64,000 nt of DNA from Amphiscolops sp. MND2022 (taxonomy: Eukaryota): the NCBI GenBank assembly GCA_964187785.1, contig OZ076409.1:25732001-25796000 (forward strand). The letters run 5' to 3'. The notes under the pieces are model-generated. The model did not search any database, was not told where the DNA came from, and was given only the letters and a program-made list of their open reading frames with translations. This document shows, one piece after another, positions 23,093 to 34,217 of this stretch. Position 1 is the stretch's first letter. Each line of letters begins with the position of its first letter. A program made the translations under genes and the position numbers.

Positions 23093-23993
23093 TGAAACTT
23101 ACAACTCAAAACACTTAGAAACTTTGTCAAGATTTTAGTTGGAAAATTTACAAGTTTCACCAGAAATATTGCGTCACCAAAAAGGGCCACCCCCCCGTCT
23201 CGATAAACCACTCATTCAATCACTTTCAAACTTGGCACACGTATAGTAGTGGTGCTATCCTAACTTTTCACTGGAAACAACGAACCCCGTATCTCCCCTG
23301 GGTTCCGAGCTATTAACACCCAAAGTGACCTAGGTCGGACCCCATGAATTACCCAATTTTGATGTATCAATTATTATGTGATTTTCCAATATGACCTTGA
23401 AGGAAATTCATCTCTGTTGAAATTACTGATATTTACATTGTGTAAACATACTTTCTAACCCACCTGACCAACATGCCAAAACCACCACATAGTTTGTTTA
23501 CTTAGCCAATAACTTCATTTTATGCTTTAAATGTCATTTTATTTATACCACATATTTCAACTGATATTTGCTTATATTTACTGTAGAACTGTAAACCATA
23601 TGTATACCATTGTTAGATAGAAATTTTTTCCACTGAATAGCTATAGTCAAGTTGGGTCTTAGGACCAAGAGACTAATTAATCAACTTCTCAATCTTCACA
23701 ACTTTTCGCTAGAGTCAGAGCGACTAAGTAGCTACTCTCATAGTTGGAGAGCCGGAGCGCGTGAAGATACCGTGAGGGAAGTGTGTTACGGATCACATCG
23801 GATCCAAATCAGTGCAAAGAGGAATCGCAGGAGATTCCACGGGTCACATCGGACCCACCAGTCTAAAGATACAGTCCTTTAAAACAAGAAAACCAGGATT
23901 TGTTTAGTGACGGTCCACAGCACTAAGCAACGGATCAGGGCGGCGTAAAGCTTGTCAAGCCTCAGCGCAGGATAAAGGCAAGCAGCCGTTACA
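23041..23993 (+). repeat. 3' LTR of element B
   Basis: TGTAGGCGCC...GCCGTTACA, 953 bp. Confidence 0.95.
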
Positions 23994-24031
23994 GCCAATT
24001 CCAGCAAATCTCGTTTCTCGTTTGGATTCAT
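23994..24031 (-). pseudogene. gag: Displaced N-terminus of element A gag (MNPNEKRDLLEL-A)
   Basis: Joins in frame to 15387 after removing element B and one TSD copy. Confidence 0.8.
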
Positions 24032-24099
24032 CTCCCAAACAGCCAGTAAAAGCAAAATCAAAGTAACAAGTTGTAACACGATAGCAAATTAACGAAATG

Positions 24100-24116
24100 C
24101 CCAACCAGGAGCGCCA
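24100..24116 (-). promoter_or_regulatory. Primer binding site of element A
   Basis: Minus strand TGGCGCTCCTGGTTGGG, 1 nt after the 5' LTR; complementary to a tRNA 3' end ...GGAGCG-CCA (tRNA-Asn-like, inferred). Confidence 0.75.
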
Positions 24117-24117
24117 C

Positions 24118-26035
24118 TGTAGAAAATTTAGAATTCGAGGGCGGAGAGATTTTCCCAAGACTCTAACTCTATCAGAAAAAGGATTTTTGGTGAGTAAGTT
24201 CGGTTATTTCTGTCGCGTTCTCACTTATCCAAGGTCTCTTCAGTGCTCAAGTTTTTCGGCTCAAGTCAATCTATCACGAAAAGAGATGTTCAATAATCCA
24301 ATTAACTTCTAATAACGATAATCAAATCGTCTCGTCAAGAAAATCAAATCAAGTTAACAAATTGGCTAAGGCTTAGGTCCACGATTCAGTCAACTAATTC
24401 GATGCGCAAAACACAAGTCCCGGACTTGTTCAAGTTCAATCGTTAGAGCTAACGACAAACCAGTTCTTTTAGCGAAGCCAAGTTTCTTGCCCCCGTCTCG
24501 AGGCTCGACTTGCTTGTAGCTCTCTAACTCGGTTGTGTCTTCAAGTATATTCCAAATCCGCCTCAATTATATTTGTTCATCGCTCGCATTTTAGTTGTAC
24601 CGATGTCGCTCTTTTATTTGCATGCTTTTAACTTCATGTAGTTTCATTCCTTTTATGGCATGGCAGCGCCCTAGTTATACTTCGACTAAACATTCTTCGC
24701 CGCCAACGACAAATACTTCAACAAAGGTTGTACAAAGTTCACATTTCAATAATAATTCAAGTCACCCAAGATATTTCTAATATCGAGCCAATCGTTCAAT
24801 GACCTTCAATTACATGGTTTACATGCTCTATACGCGTAAGGGGTACTTTTCCGTCCTTTCGGGCGCAATGCATCGCGAATCGTTCTGCCTGGCTGAATTG
24901 CATAACTTATCACTTAACGACGCTGATTTACATGTTTTATCATAAGTTTCTCTATATGTTCATGGGTTGCATCCAGAATGACCTTGAGGTCCATCGGTGA
25001 CCTTGAAGTTAGTCGTCCTCATCCAATGTTGCTACATGCCAGGTTATATCATCCTAGGGTCAATGGTCTTCGAGTTCCAATATATGCGTATCGTTTGTTT
25101 ACTTAAGGAGGTTACCCCCGCATGGGTTACAAATACGTTTCCATTCTTGTTAGTAATCGACTACATTCATCGTTCCGGTTCGTTTGAGGCATTACGAGCC
25201 AAGGTCAAATGTCTTTTATCGGTCAGGCCCGCGCGTCCGGTCCCGCGTGCCTTAAACAAACATTATTCCGCGCGTGGTGGACCGATCAATGTATCTTTCA
25301 TGTATATTACTTAGGGTTACTAGGTGAACATCTTGGGTAAGTTTCATGATCTTCGGGTCATCCGGTGGCTATTTACATAACATTCGAGGTTTATTTACTG
25401 AGGATCCGTACTCCTCCTACACGCGTCATAGGGTTCCAAAAATATGCGCAAACGGCCTCTAATCCTATGGGCTATTGATTCCATGTATTACATGACTTAT
25501 TCCGTGCTTGGCCGATGAGTTCGTGGGGGGGTCGACCTAGGTCACTTCCGGTGCTAATAGCCCGGGGCTGGGGGGCTTCGGCTCGGTTCTGTTTTTATGG
25601 ACGAGTAGCACAACACCTCAGGTATACGTGTGCCAAATTTCAGGTCTCTACGATTAATAGTCTTTGAGAGAAACCGTTTGGGGTGGTTTAAAGATTTGCA
25701 ATGTGACGATTTCCAGTGTTGTATCTTAGGATAATTTCGCTCAAAAGTGGGACTTAGTGAAATTCGCTCTCAGAGATCAACTCTGACTTAGACAATTCGA
25801 TCAATTACATCGACGACGTTACTCACTAGCTCGTTAATTTTGCCTGAGAAGTTTCGTTTACGAAGTAAACCTAGTTTGCCAATTAAGTCCTATCAAAGCA
25901 TGCTTTTGTCAGTCTGTTCAGCAGTTTTCACTATTCCGGCGGTCCAAAAAGTAATTAACTAGTTCTGCCTATCGTATGTACTTCGTACAAAAGCCATGAG
26001 AATTTTTGTGCACGCCAAAAACTAAAATTTCCACA
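24118..26035 (-). repeat. 5' LTR of element A (1918 bp)
   Basis: Direct repeat of 9424-11347. Confidence 0.95.
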
Positions 26036-29000
26036 TGCTGTATGATTACAATTGCAAAAAAATGAAGCTGCTTCGCATTTTTTGTTCAATTTAAAGTTTG
26101 TTTGCTCAGCATTCAATTCGAATTCTATCATACATTGAAATTATGTAGTTCTTATTTAGTGAAGTTTTTAGCATTAAATATTGAAGCTGAAGAATTTTTG
26201 AAAGAAACAATTTCGAATCCACAAACCTGATTGGTCAACTAAAAAATGACAAGCCACTTCTGCAGAGAAAAATTGCAATAATATGTAACTTAAAAAAACA
26301 GCGTCTGACAACTTGAGTATCTTGCCAAGATCTCACAAGATGGTATCCAAATGGAATCTTAAATGTTAGAAAGTGATCCAAAGTCGGTAACCAAGTTTTT
26401 AAAAGCTACTAAACCTCTGAGATCTCGGCATTTTGGCAAACCATGTTTGTTTTATCCCTCAAAAGCGGCCGCGGGGAAATAGGAAGCAAAGTTCACAAAT
26501 TAATTAAATAATTGATGTCGAAATACCCTATCTTTTACATTGATTAACAGTTAAACTCTCCCCAGTTAATGTGTTATTTAAAACTTACGTTGAAATAGGG
26601 GTCTTTTCATACAATTTTAACTTGTTCCAGGCGTGAATTTTTGCTATTTTGGACAATAATATGGAAAAATTAGTGTCAAAACAGTTGCAGAGACAATCAT
26701 CTAAGTATTCACAACCATAAAACATTCTCTTATAAGTAAAATATTTTTCCTCAAAAATAAAATGCGCTTTTGTATTGGAGGGGATACCTGGGAAGTGTAC
26801 CTGGGGATAAAAGAAACATGGTCCTTTTTCCCATGACATGTATCAATGTTTCAATGACCGGTATACATTGTAAACTACCTGGATGATGATGAAAAAATAG
26901 AATATGAAAGAAGAAACGGCACAATGTTATCACCCAAGTGTTCATCATGATTTTCACGCACACGCGAGTGAGAAAGAAAACGGAAATTGAATTGAAGATG
27001 GATTATCAGCTATTTAAAGGTTTATTTGTTCTTGATAACTTCGGCTAAGCTACAAAAAATCAATATTTACAAAAGCAGAGAGCCAAAAAAAATGAGAAAT
27101 ACCTTTGCGGTGGCTGAGTAAAAATAATTTTAGATTTTGGGTGACTAGAACTTCTATTCGATGGAATTTAAGAACTTGGGATTTTCATAGCTATGTGCTC
27201 TGCGGAAACAAAATCGAGCATCTTGAATAACATCCAATGAAAAACAGCAATGAACCGATGAATATAGTTAGAACGGAATTTGTTATCTGGGTAAGAAATG
27301 ATTTTCCTATTTTCCTTTTTTTTTCGTTTCTCTTTTGGTTCTATGCGAAAACTGCCGTTGAAGAAAATCTATAATTCAACACAAAAACATGGCATGGATT
27401 GTACCAATTATCTGCTTCAAATTCGATTGAAGCGGGAAGAAGTATGTAGCGGAAAATAAATATGATTCGTGACGGTATATTCACCCTCAATTGGAACAAG
27501 AATTTTATCCAATTTGTGTTCAATCGTTCGGACGCACAATAATTCACGTCACCCCAATGATGAAAAACATTTTCCATGTGAACAAATAGTGACGTTTTTA
27601 TTAGTCGAATACTTTTCATAAGTATTCTTTTTTCCTTATAACCGGAAAATGCTAATAGAATGTTTAAAAAACACAAGGAGGAATTTTTACAATTATCCTC
27701 TTTTAAACGCTTCTGTTTTTGACAGGCAATAACTTATATCAAGAAATTTTCTCCTGTTGATGTGAAAAAAAATTAACCAAATGTTTTGGAAACTATATTT
27801 TTTGAAATAACGTTGTTGAAAGGCTTTTAAAAATTTAAATCTTCTCTTGAAAACGTGTCAATTGACAAGAACGCTAAAATTAGGAGGTACTCGGGAAATA
27901 CGTTTCAACAGATTGATGATAAATTTTTAATTTGTCTTTTTCTCTACAATCCTTTCCACTAAAATCTTTTACACTTATATATACCTTCATTGGGTCGCAG
28001 CACAAAAATTAATTTTTTGAAAAAATTTGACAGCAGCCATTTGCAAGAGTTTATAAGCATATGCATAACCAATTACTGTCGAAGGTATAGAAGGTGTATA
28101 TAGCAGGTAAAAAGCAGTAGATCTACTTGTACTGTGGAATTAATATAAAGAATAATAGAAGTAATAAAGTAAAAGTAAAAAGTATGTTTTATGTTAATTG
28201 ATAACTTGTAAGTTATCAGAAAATTGTAAACCTCTACAGCTGTGATTTAAATATACAGATCAAAGGAATTTGAGTACAATTGCTGGCTGGTATTATAACA
28301 TGACCCATCGAAAATTCATAATGTTTGTTTATGCAAAATGATTAACTCCCTTAGCCAGATTCTGCTTGCCAAGAATCTGTAGATCTACTTCAATGAATGC
28401 GTTTTCATTTAGCACTGAAATCTTACTGGTTGTTTAGAAGCTTCAAAGATCCGAAACACATGGCATGAAACTTTCCGTTGAATTGAATTTCGTCATTAGA
28501 AACGCTTTCATGTTTCGGAAAATTGTTTCACTTCAGAGCGACTTCTTTTGATTTATTTACCAAGAGCTGAATGTTTTGTCATTTCATAGATATTGAGGCA
28601 AGTTAGAAACAAAAAGGCTCCGGGATATTTGATACTAGGGACTAAAAAAGAATTTACTAAGAGAAATTTCTTTAGACGACCGTTTCATAAAACGGTTAAA
28701 CACAAATACGTAACATACAACATTGGCATAATATAACAGGGTTTGTCAATAAGAATCTAGTACGTCTGCAGTTTTATCTTCCGAAGCTCGGTAGCGTTCA
28801 TATTGCATCAGCATCCCCCTCTCTCCGGAATCTTCTACTTTCTTTTAAACTGCAAAGAATAGTCCGTACAATAGGTTCGATTTGGGTTGATAGGTTTTTA
28901 TCGTATTAATCTCGCGCAGCCGCCCCCTTACCGTATTTATACTGAGAAAACCGGTAAATTTCAGTTTGCTGCGTTCTACATGTTGTATTGTCTACCCAGT

Positions 29001-29359
29001 GTATAATATCTTGAAACTCTTGCCAAGATCTTGGATATTCCCGCATATTCCCGTTACCTCTCGAAACCCTTGATAAGATCTTGAATTATTCTTGGACCGT
29101 TAAAAAATCTTGAAATTCTTGACGAAATTCAAGAGGTGAAAAATTCGAATTCATCGTTCGGGCGTGAAATTTGCGTGTCACGTTTGACTACGTTAGAGCT
29201 GTAAAGAATATATTTCTCAGCAACTATAGTTGGTCTAGCCACCGAGCTAATCTGGCGCTGTATCCACTCACACATGTTTTTTGCGTAAAGGGAAAATCTG
29301 AGTTTCCTTACTGTCCACACTACCACTAATATTCCTACTCCGATCGAATAATTGTTTTC

Positions 29360-30330
29360 AGTGCTGTTCAGAAATATGCTTCTGGATGCAATCGGGTTAA
29401 TGGTACCGTCATCGTGTTTTTGACTGACTGTGATTTGAGTATGAATCTGAGTGAGTCCGGTTTTTTGTCATCATTAAAAACCTTGTTGTCTTTGTATGGG
29501 TAATGTGTGTGACATAGATTTATGGTTTTATTTTGTTGAAATCTTCTTATCGATCGTCTCCATAGATCCATTCCATGGTTCATCCTTTCTCAACAATTTT
29601 CCGAGTCTACGGTATCGGCAAGGCCGTTTTCATCTAATCTATGGTTTCGAGGAAAAGCGTTGATTCTTTGCTTTGTGTTTCCCGTGGTTCCACCTTTATT
29701 ACTGTTTCCACTTTTTTTCGATCGGTTTTATTTAGTTTTCATCTATTCCCTGTCCCAGCCAATTTGTCTGCTTCATAAAAAAATGACCTGTTTTTGCTCG
29801 CGCGATATCTGGCTTTTTCTAATTGGAATGGCGGTTACTAATTGACGGCTGTTACTCCTGTTATATAGTCAGGCCGGTGCGCAATATTTTATGTGTTCGT
29901 CATGTTTTAAAATAAGGTGAGGGAAGACTGTGTAGTCGTTAAAACTTTTTGTTGAATCTAATAAAAACACTGAGCTAACTTCCCCAATACCTCCGACTTA
30001 CTGCTTTTTAAACTGAATGCTATCAGGCATTTAAAACAGTCTTCATTCACGTTGTTGTTCCAAGAAATCTGGTTTTAATTGGTTTTTCTAATTATTTTCA
30101 AGAATCGTTCCGCTGGCGCAGTGGTATCGTTCTTGCTTTTCGTTTTACAGGGTAATGTCCCTGTTCGAGTTCTACATTCTGTTCGGTACTTTGGTTTTTT
30201 GTGTGACAATGCCTTGATCGAAAACGAGTTCTTGGAAAAGTTTTTTTTCTTCATTTTCAAAAACTGGTTTTGTGTTTTAGTTATCAAATTGTTGTCCTTT
30301 GGTCTCAAAAACTTGTATACTTCCATCCTT
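29360..30330 (-). pseudogene. Highly decayed Gypsy pol relic
   Basis: Minus strand ~29710-29826 reads QLEKARYRASKNRS/FFMKQTNWLGQGIDEN*IKP, like the end of a Gypsy RT; the boundaries are uncertain. Confidence 0.45.
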
Positions 30331-30362
30331 TTTCAAACTATTACTTTTTTATCTGTGAAAAC

Positions 30363-33300
30363 TGTCACACAGTTCATCCGATCAATATGACTTTTACCAA
30401 AATTCGGTCGCAGACTACCTGCTTCTGTTTGTCAACCAAAACTATAGATATAAAACTGTTACATCATTTCGAGCTCTATAATATTTAGATTATAGATAAA
30501 AAGCTTAATGGAAAGTTCTAGAACCTATCTTATCGTGAGAATACAACATGGCGCAGTCAGCCAATTTCTAATAACCAAAGATACACCACACTCTACTCCA
30601 ACACAAAAAAAACATAGTACCGAGCCTAGAAGCGAAAGCAACGAATGGAATTTCGGTATTCACACCAAAACAATTGTTAGAACGATTTCGGAAGTTTTGC
30701 AAAAGAGAACATAAAGTCAACATTACACCATTGCTGAAAGGAGAAGATGTTACGGAGAAAAAATGGTCCGTAAAAGAACACGCTATACAAGAAGATTTTA
30801 TATGGGGAGTGGGGTCCGAAGACCTATACCAAATAACCAGATCCGAATACAACACGGAACCATATAGCATGAAAGTAAAAGATTAAAAGATTTGATACGG
30901 TTGTTTACCGAGTACTACTTACCGAAACGCAATACTTACTGGGGAGATTTCTTTTGGGCTAAACAAGCCGAAGATGAGACACTGGAAAATATTTGGAGAC
31001 GACTAATCGAAATCGAAAAAGACTTATCGAAATTGAAGAAGAAGGAGTGCATTTTCAAAACAACCTCAGCCGAAGAACTACTGATATCAAAATATATGAC
31101 AGCAATCACCAACAAGCAATTACGGAACAAAACAATGAAAAAAACCTTGGAAAAAAAAGAAAACTATTGAAATTATTAGGCAAAACACATATGAAAAGAA
31201 AAACAAAAAGGACACAATACCGGGTGCACTAAATACAACGAAGGAACGTTAGACAATAAAAGAAGAACCGATACAAAGAACGGAAATATTTGGGGCGAGA
31301 CCGAAGTGCAGACAAACTGTAAACAACAAAAACACCAGAAACCGACCATGTAAATACTGTAATGCATCAAAATGGAGACCAATGCCCAAATGCCCCGCAC
31401 AGGAGTCAAACTGTAACAAATGCGGTAAGAAAAGACACTATGCAAGGGCATGCAGACAAAAAATTGACAACGAACAGTGAAAAAGCTAACCGCGAATAAA
31501 GAAAAAGCGAATGAACCGAGAGACTCAATGAGTGAGTCGGATGAGAGAATAACCAACTTGAAAGAGATAAAGACAATCGAAAACAAACGAAGACAATATA
31601 CAGTAGTGGAATAATATAAACGGAATGAAGAAAGAATTCGTAATAGACAACGAATCAACAAAAACGATAATGCCATCAGACGAGCGAATAATAGGAATAC
31701 CGAAATTCAACAAATAATGAACCGATATCATGTGAACAGGAATGAATTAAATTTCCGTGGGAAAATACAGGTAAATATGGAATATACAAAGAATGAACAG
31801 AAAATGGAAATAGTGATACTCGAACGAACGGATATAACATCACTACTCGACATGGGATATATGATAAAATTCAAACTGACAATTGCAAGAGTGCAACTGG
31901 TTGAAAACAACCAATCAGAAAACGAGAATTTCCGGATTTGTTTGAGATTAACCGAACTATAAAAGACGCAAAATAAACATACAACCTGAACCGGGGCAAT
32001 ATCCTTTGAAACAAAAAGCTAGACCAATACCACGACATCTAAAAGAGGAACTGGGAAAAGAACTACAAAAATTATTTAGGGCCGATCACCTAGAAAAAAC
32101 AACGTATGAAGAACAACGTGAAGACTGCTGTATATCACTTTTTGTGGTTACAAAAAAGAACCATAAATCAGTAAAAGTTGCACTACACTTCCGGAAATTT
32201 AATAATAGCTGTATGGAAAGGAGACACCACATGTCAAATATGGAAGAATTATTGAACCAGATATTGGCAAAAATCACGAAAGACTGAACGGTACAATTAT
32301 TCAAATCAAAAATCCACCTAGACTACGTATACGGACAAATGAAGCTATCCGAAGAAACGATTCGACGTTACGTATTAAAAAAGGGTTATACAAAGACGAC
32401 TATTGGACGTGTTACATTTCGGTCATTCCGGAGTAACAACAATGACCGCAGAGGCAAAAAGCTTTTGGTGGCCGGAACACCAGAAACACATTGAACAGAA
32501 AGTCAAAGACTGTACAGCATGCCTTGCAACGCGTAAGAATCCTAAATCCCGAAGACCAAAATAACCACAGAAACCTAAAAAGACTTACCTTTACCGAACC
32601 GGGACAAGAAGTACAAATAGATTTTACCGGGAAATTACACAACAAAGATCTGAAGGGGACGTACAAATTTTAATTTCAATAGATCGTTTCAGCAGATGGC
32701 CGACAACAAAATTATGCAAAACGTCCGAAGCGAAAGAAGTTATAAACTTTCTAACAAGTAACTTCAATTTATAAAGAATACCCGAGAAATTAAAGTCAGA
32801 AAAAGGGAGGCATTTTTATCGAAAGAATACAAACACTTTTGTAGAACTCGAAATATCGAATATGAATATTGCCTTCCTCGAATGCATACCGGAAACGGGG
32901 TAGTTGATGGTGCAATACATACAATGAAGAACTTAATTACCGCAAACTTAGAAAGCGGCGAAAATTCAACTAAAAGTACCAATAAGACGCTTAGAGTAAT
33001 GAGATTTACAATACATACTGGTCTAAATAGGACACGATTCGAATTACATCACGGAAACAAAACGAGAATCGAGTTTACAAATTTAGTAAAGGACGGTATA
33101 TCATACCTGTCAGACTGGTCAGAACTATCTGTTTTAGAACCAAACAGACCGAAAATGCCAGTTTTTGTCGGCCGGGATGCGGATGGCGAAACATTATTGA
33201 ACCACATGATTATGCCGAGAACAAAATCCGAAAAATAAACAATTGGCTTCGGAGGCCAAATCACCCTAGAAGAAAGTCCCATTCAATGTAAGATATCGGT

Positions 33301-34217
33301 AAGATATCCATTCAGTTTTGTTGAAAGGAATCATAACTGAAAATCCGTAGAAGGTAGTTTTCAAACAAAAATACAAATCGCAATTAGCGGACCCGATAAT
33401 AACGTAAAAACAGACACGGGAAATACTTCACCGAAAATTCATTTTGGGTCCATTATTTCAGTCTGACAGAAAAGACCGGAATACGACGGCACCCACAGTT
33501 TCAGCCGAAGTTACAACGAAAAAACGTCAGTGTCTCCGCGGTCTCTACGGAAAGTATTGCAACCGGGACGAGATCCTCCAATGGTAACTTGAGAATAGTC
33601 CAAAGCAAGAAAGCCGAGATGGATACAGATGATGAAGACGATGGTATTGACGAAGACGATGAAGAAATGCCGGACGAGATCGGAAAGAGCTATGAAGCTG
33701 TGACACGTCCGAGAGAGACGGAAGATACACACCCATCCGAACTGATCCGGAAAAGGACGCCATCCAAATTCACACCGGATGGCGCAACCCCACAGCGTCA
33801 GAAAATTTCTGATAAAATCAGACGGTCAGACCGAAACACTAATAAACCGAATAGATACGGTTGCGTACCTATACAAAAAACTTTTAGATAAGACTAATTA
33901 ATTAAGACTGTTACAGGTCCAATGTGGAACAGGACGAAAGGCACCCCCAGCAGGAAAAGATTCAGAAGCCCGCGGATTTCATGCTAGGAGACATGACACC
34001 ACCTCGGAACCTCCAACATGTAGAAAGCTCGCGAAAGAGAGAGGAGGAAATGTCATACGGTTCATCCGATCAATATGACCTCTACCCAAATGCGGTGGCA
34101 GAATACCTGCTCGTGTTTGTCAACAAAACCTATAGATATACAACTGTTATATCATGTGGAGTTCTATTACAATGAGATTTTATATACCAAGCCTAATCGT
34201 ATCGTGAGATTACAACA
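30363..34217 (+). mobile_element. Decayed Ty3/Gypsy LTR retrotransposon (element C)
   Basis: Diverged short LTRs 30363-30548 and 34051-34217; PBS TGGCGCAGTCAG (30549, tRNA-Ser-like); PPT 34033-34050; TSD AAAAC on both sides; fragmented gag (CNKCGKKRHYARAC), RT (KQKARPIP) and integrase (QIDFTG). Confidence 0.85.

Larger units (their letters stand above)
15393..23993 (+). mobile_element. BEL/Pao LTR retrotransposon (element B), near full length
   Basis: 953-bp TG..CA LTRs; 5-bp TSD GCCAC/GCCAA (one mismatch); PBS; domain order gag-PR-RT-RH-IN with Pao-type motifs. Confidence 0.95.
9424..26035 (-). mobile_element. LTR element A: Gypsy-like gag, pol-less (non-autonomous), interrupted by BEL/Pao element B
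   Basis: Two ~1.92-kb direct repeats with TG..CA ends and terminal inverted motif (TGTAGAAAATTTAG / CTAAAATTTCCACA); PBS and PPT on the minus strand; gag ORF on the minus strand. Confidence 0.9.

Noticed and set aside
26589..27010. Possible minus-strand host exons with GT/AG sites
   Set aside because: Phases do not join convincingly and no protein motif was recognised.
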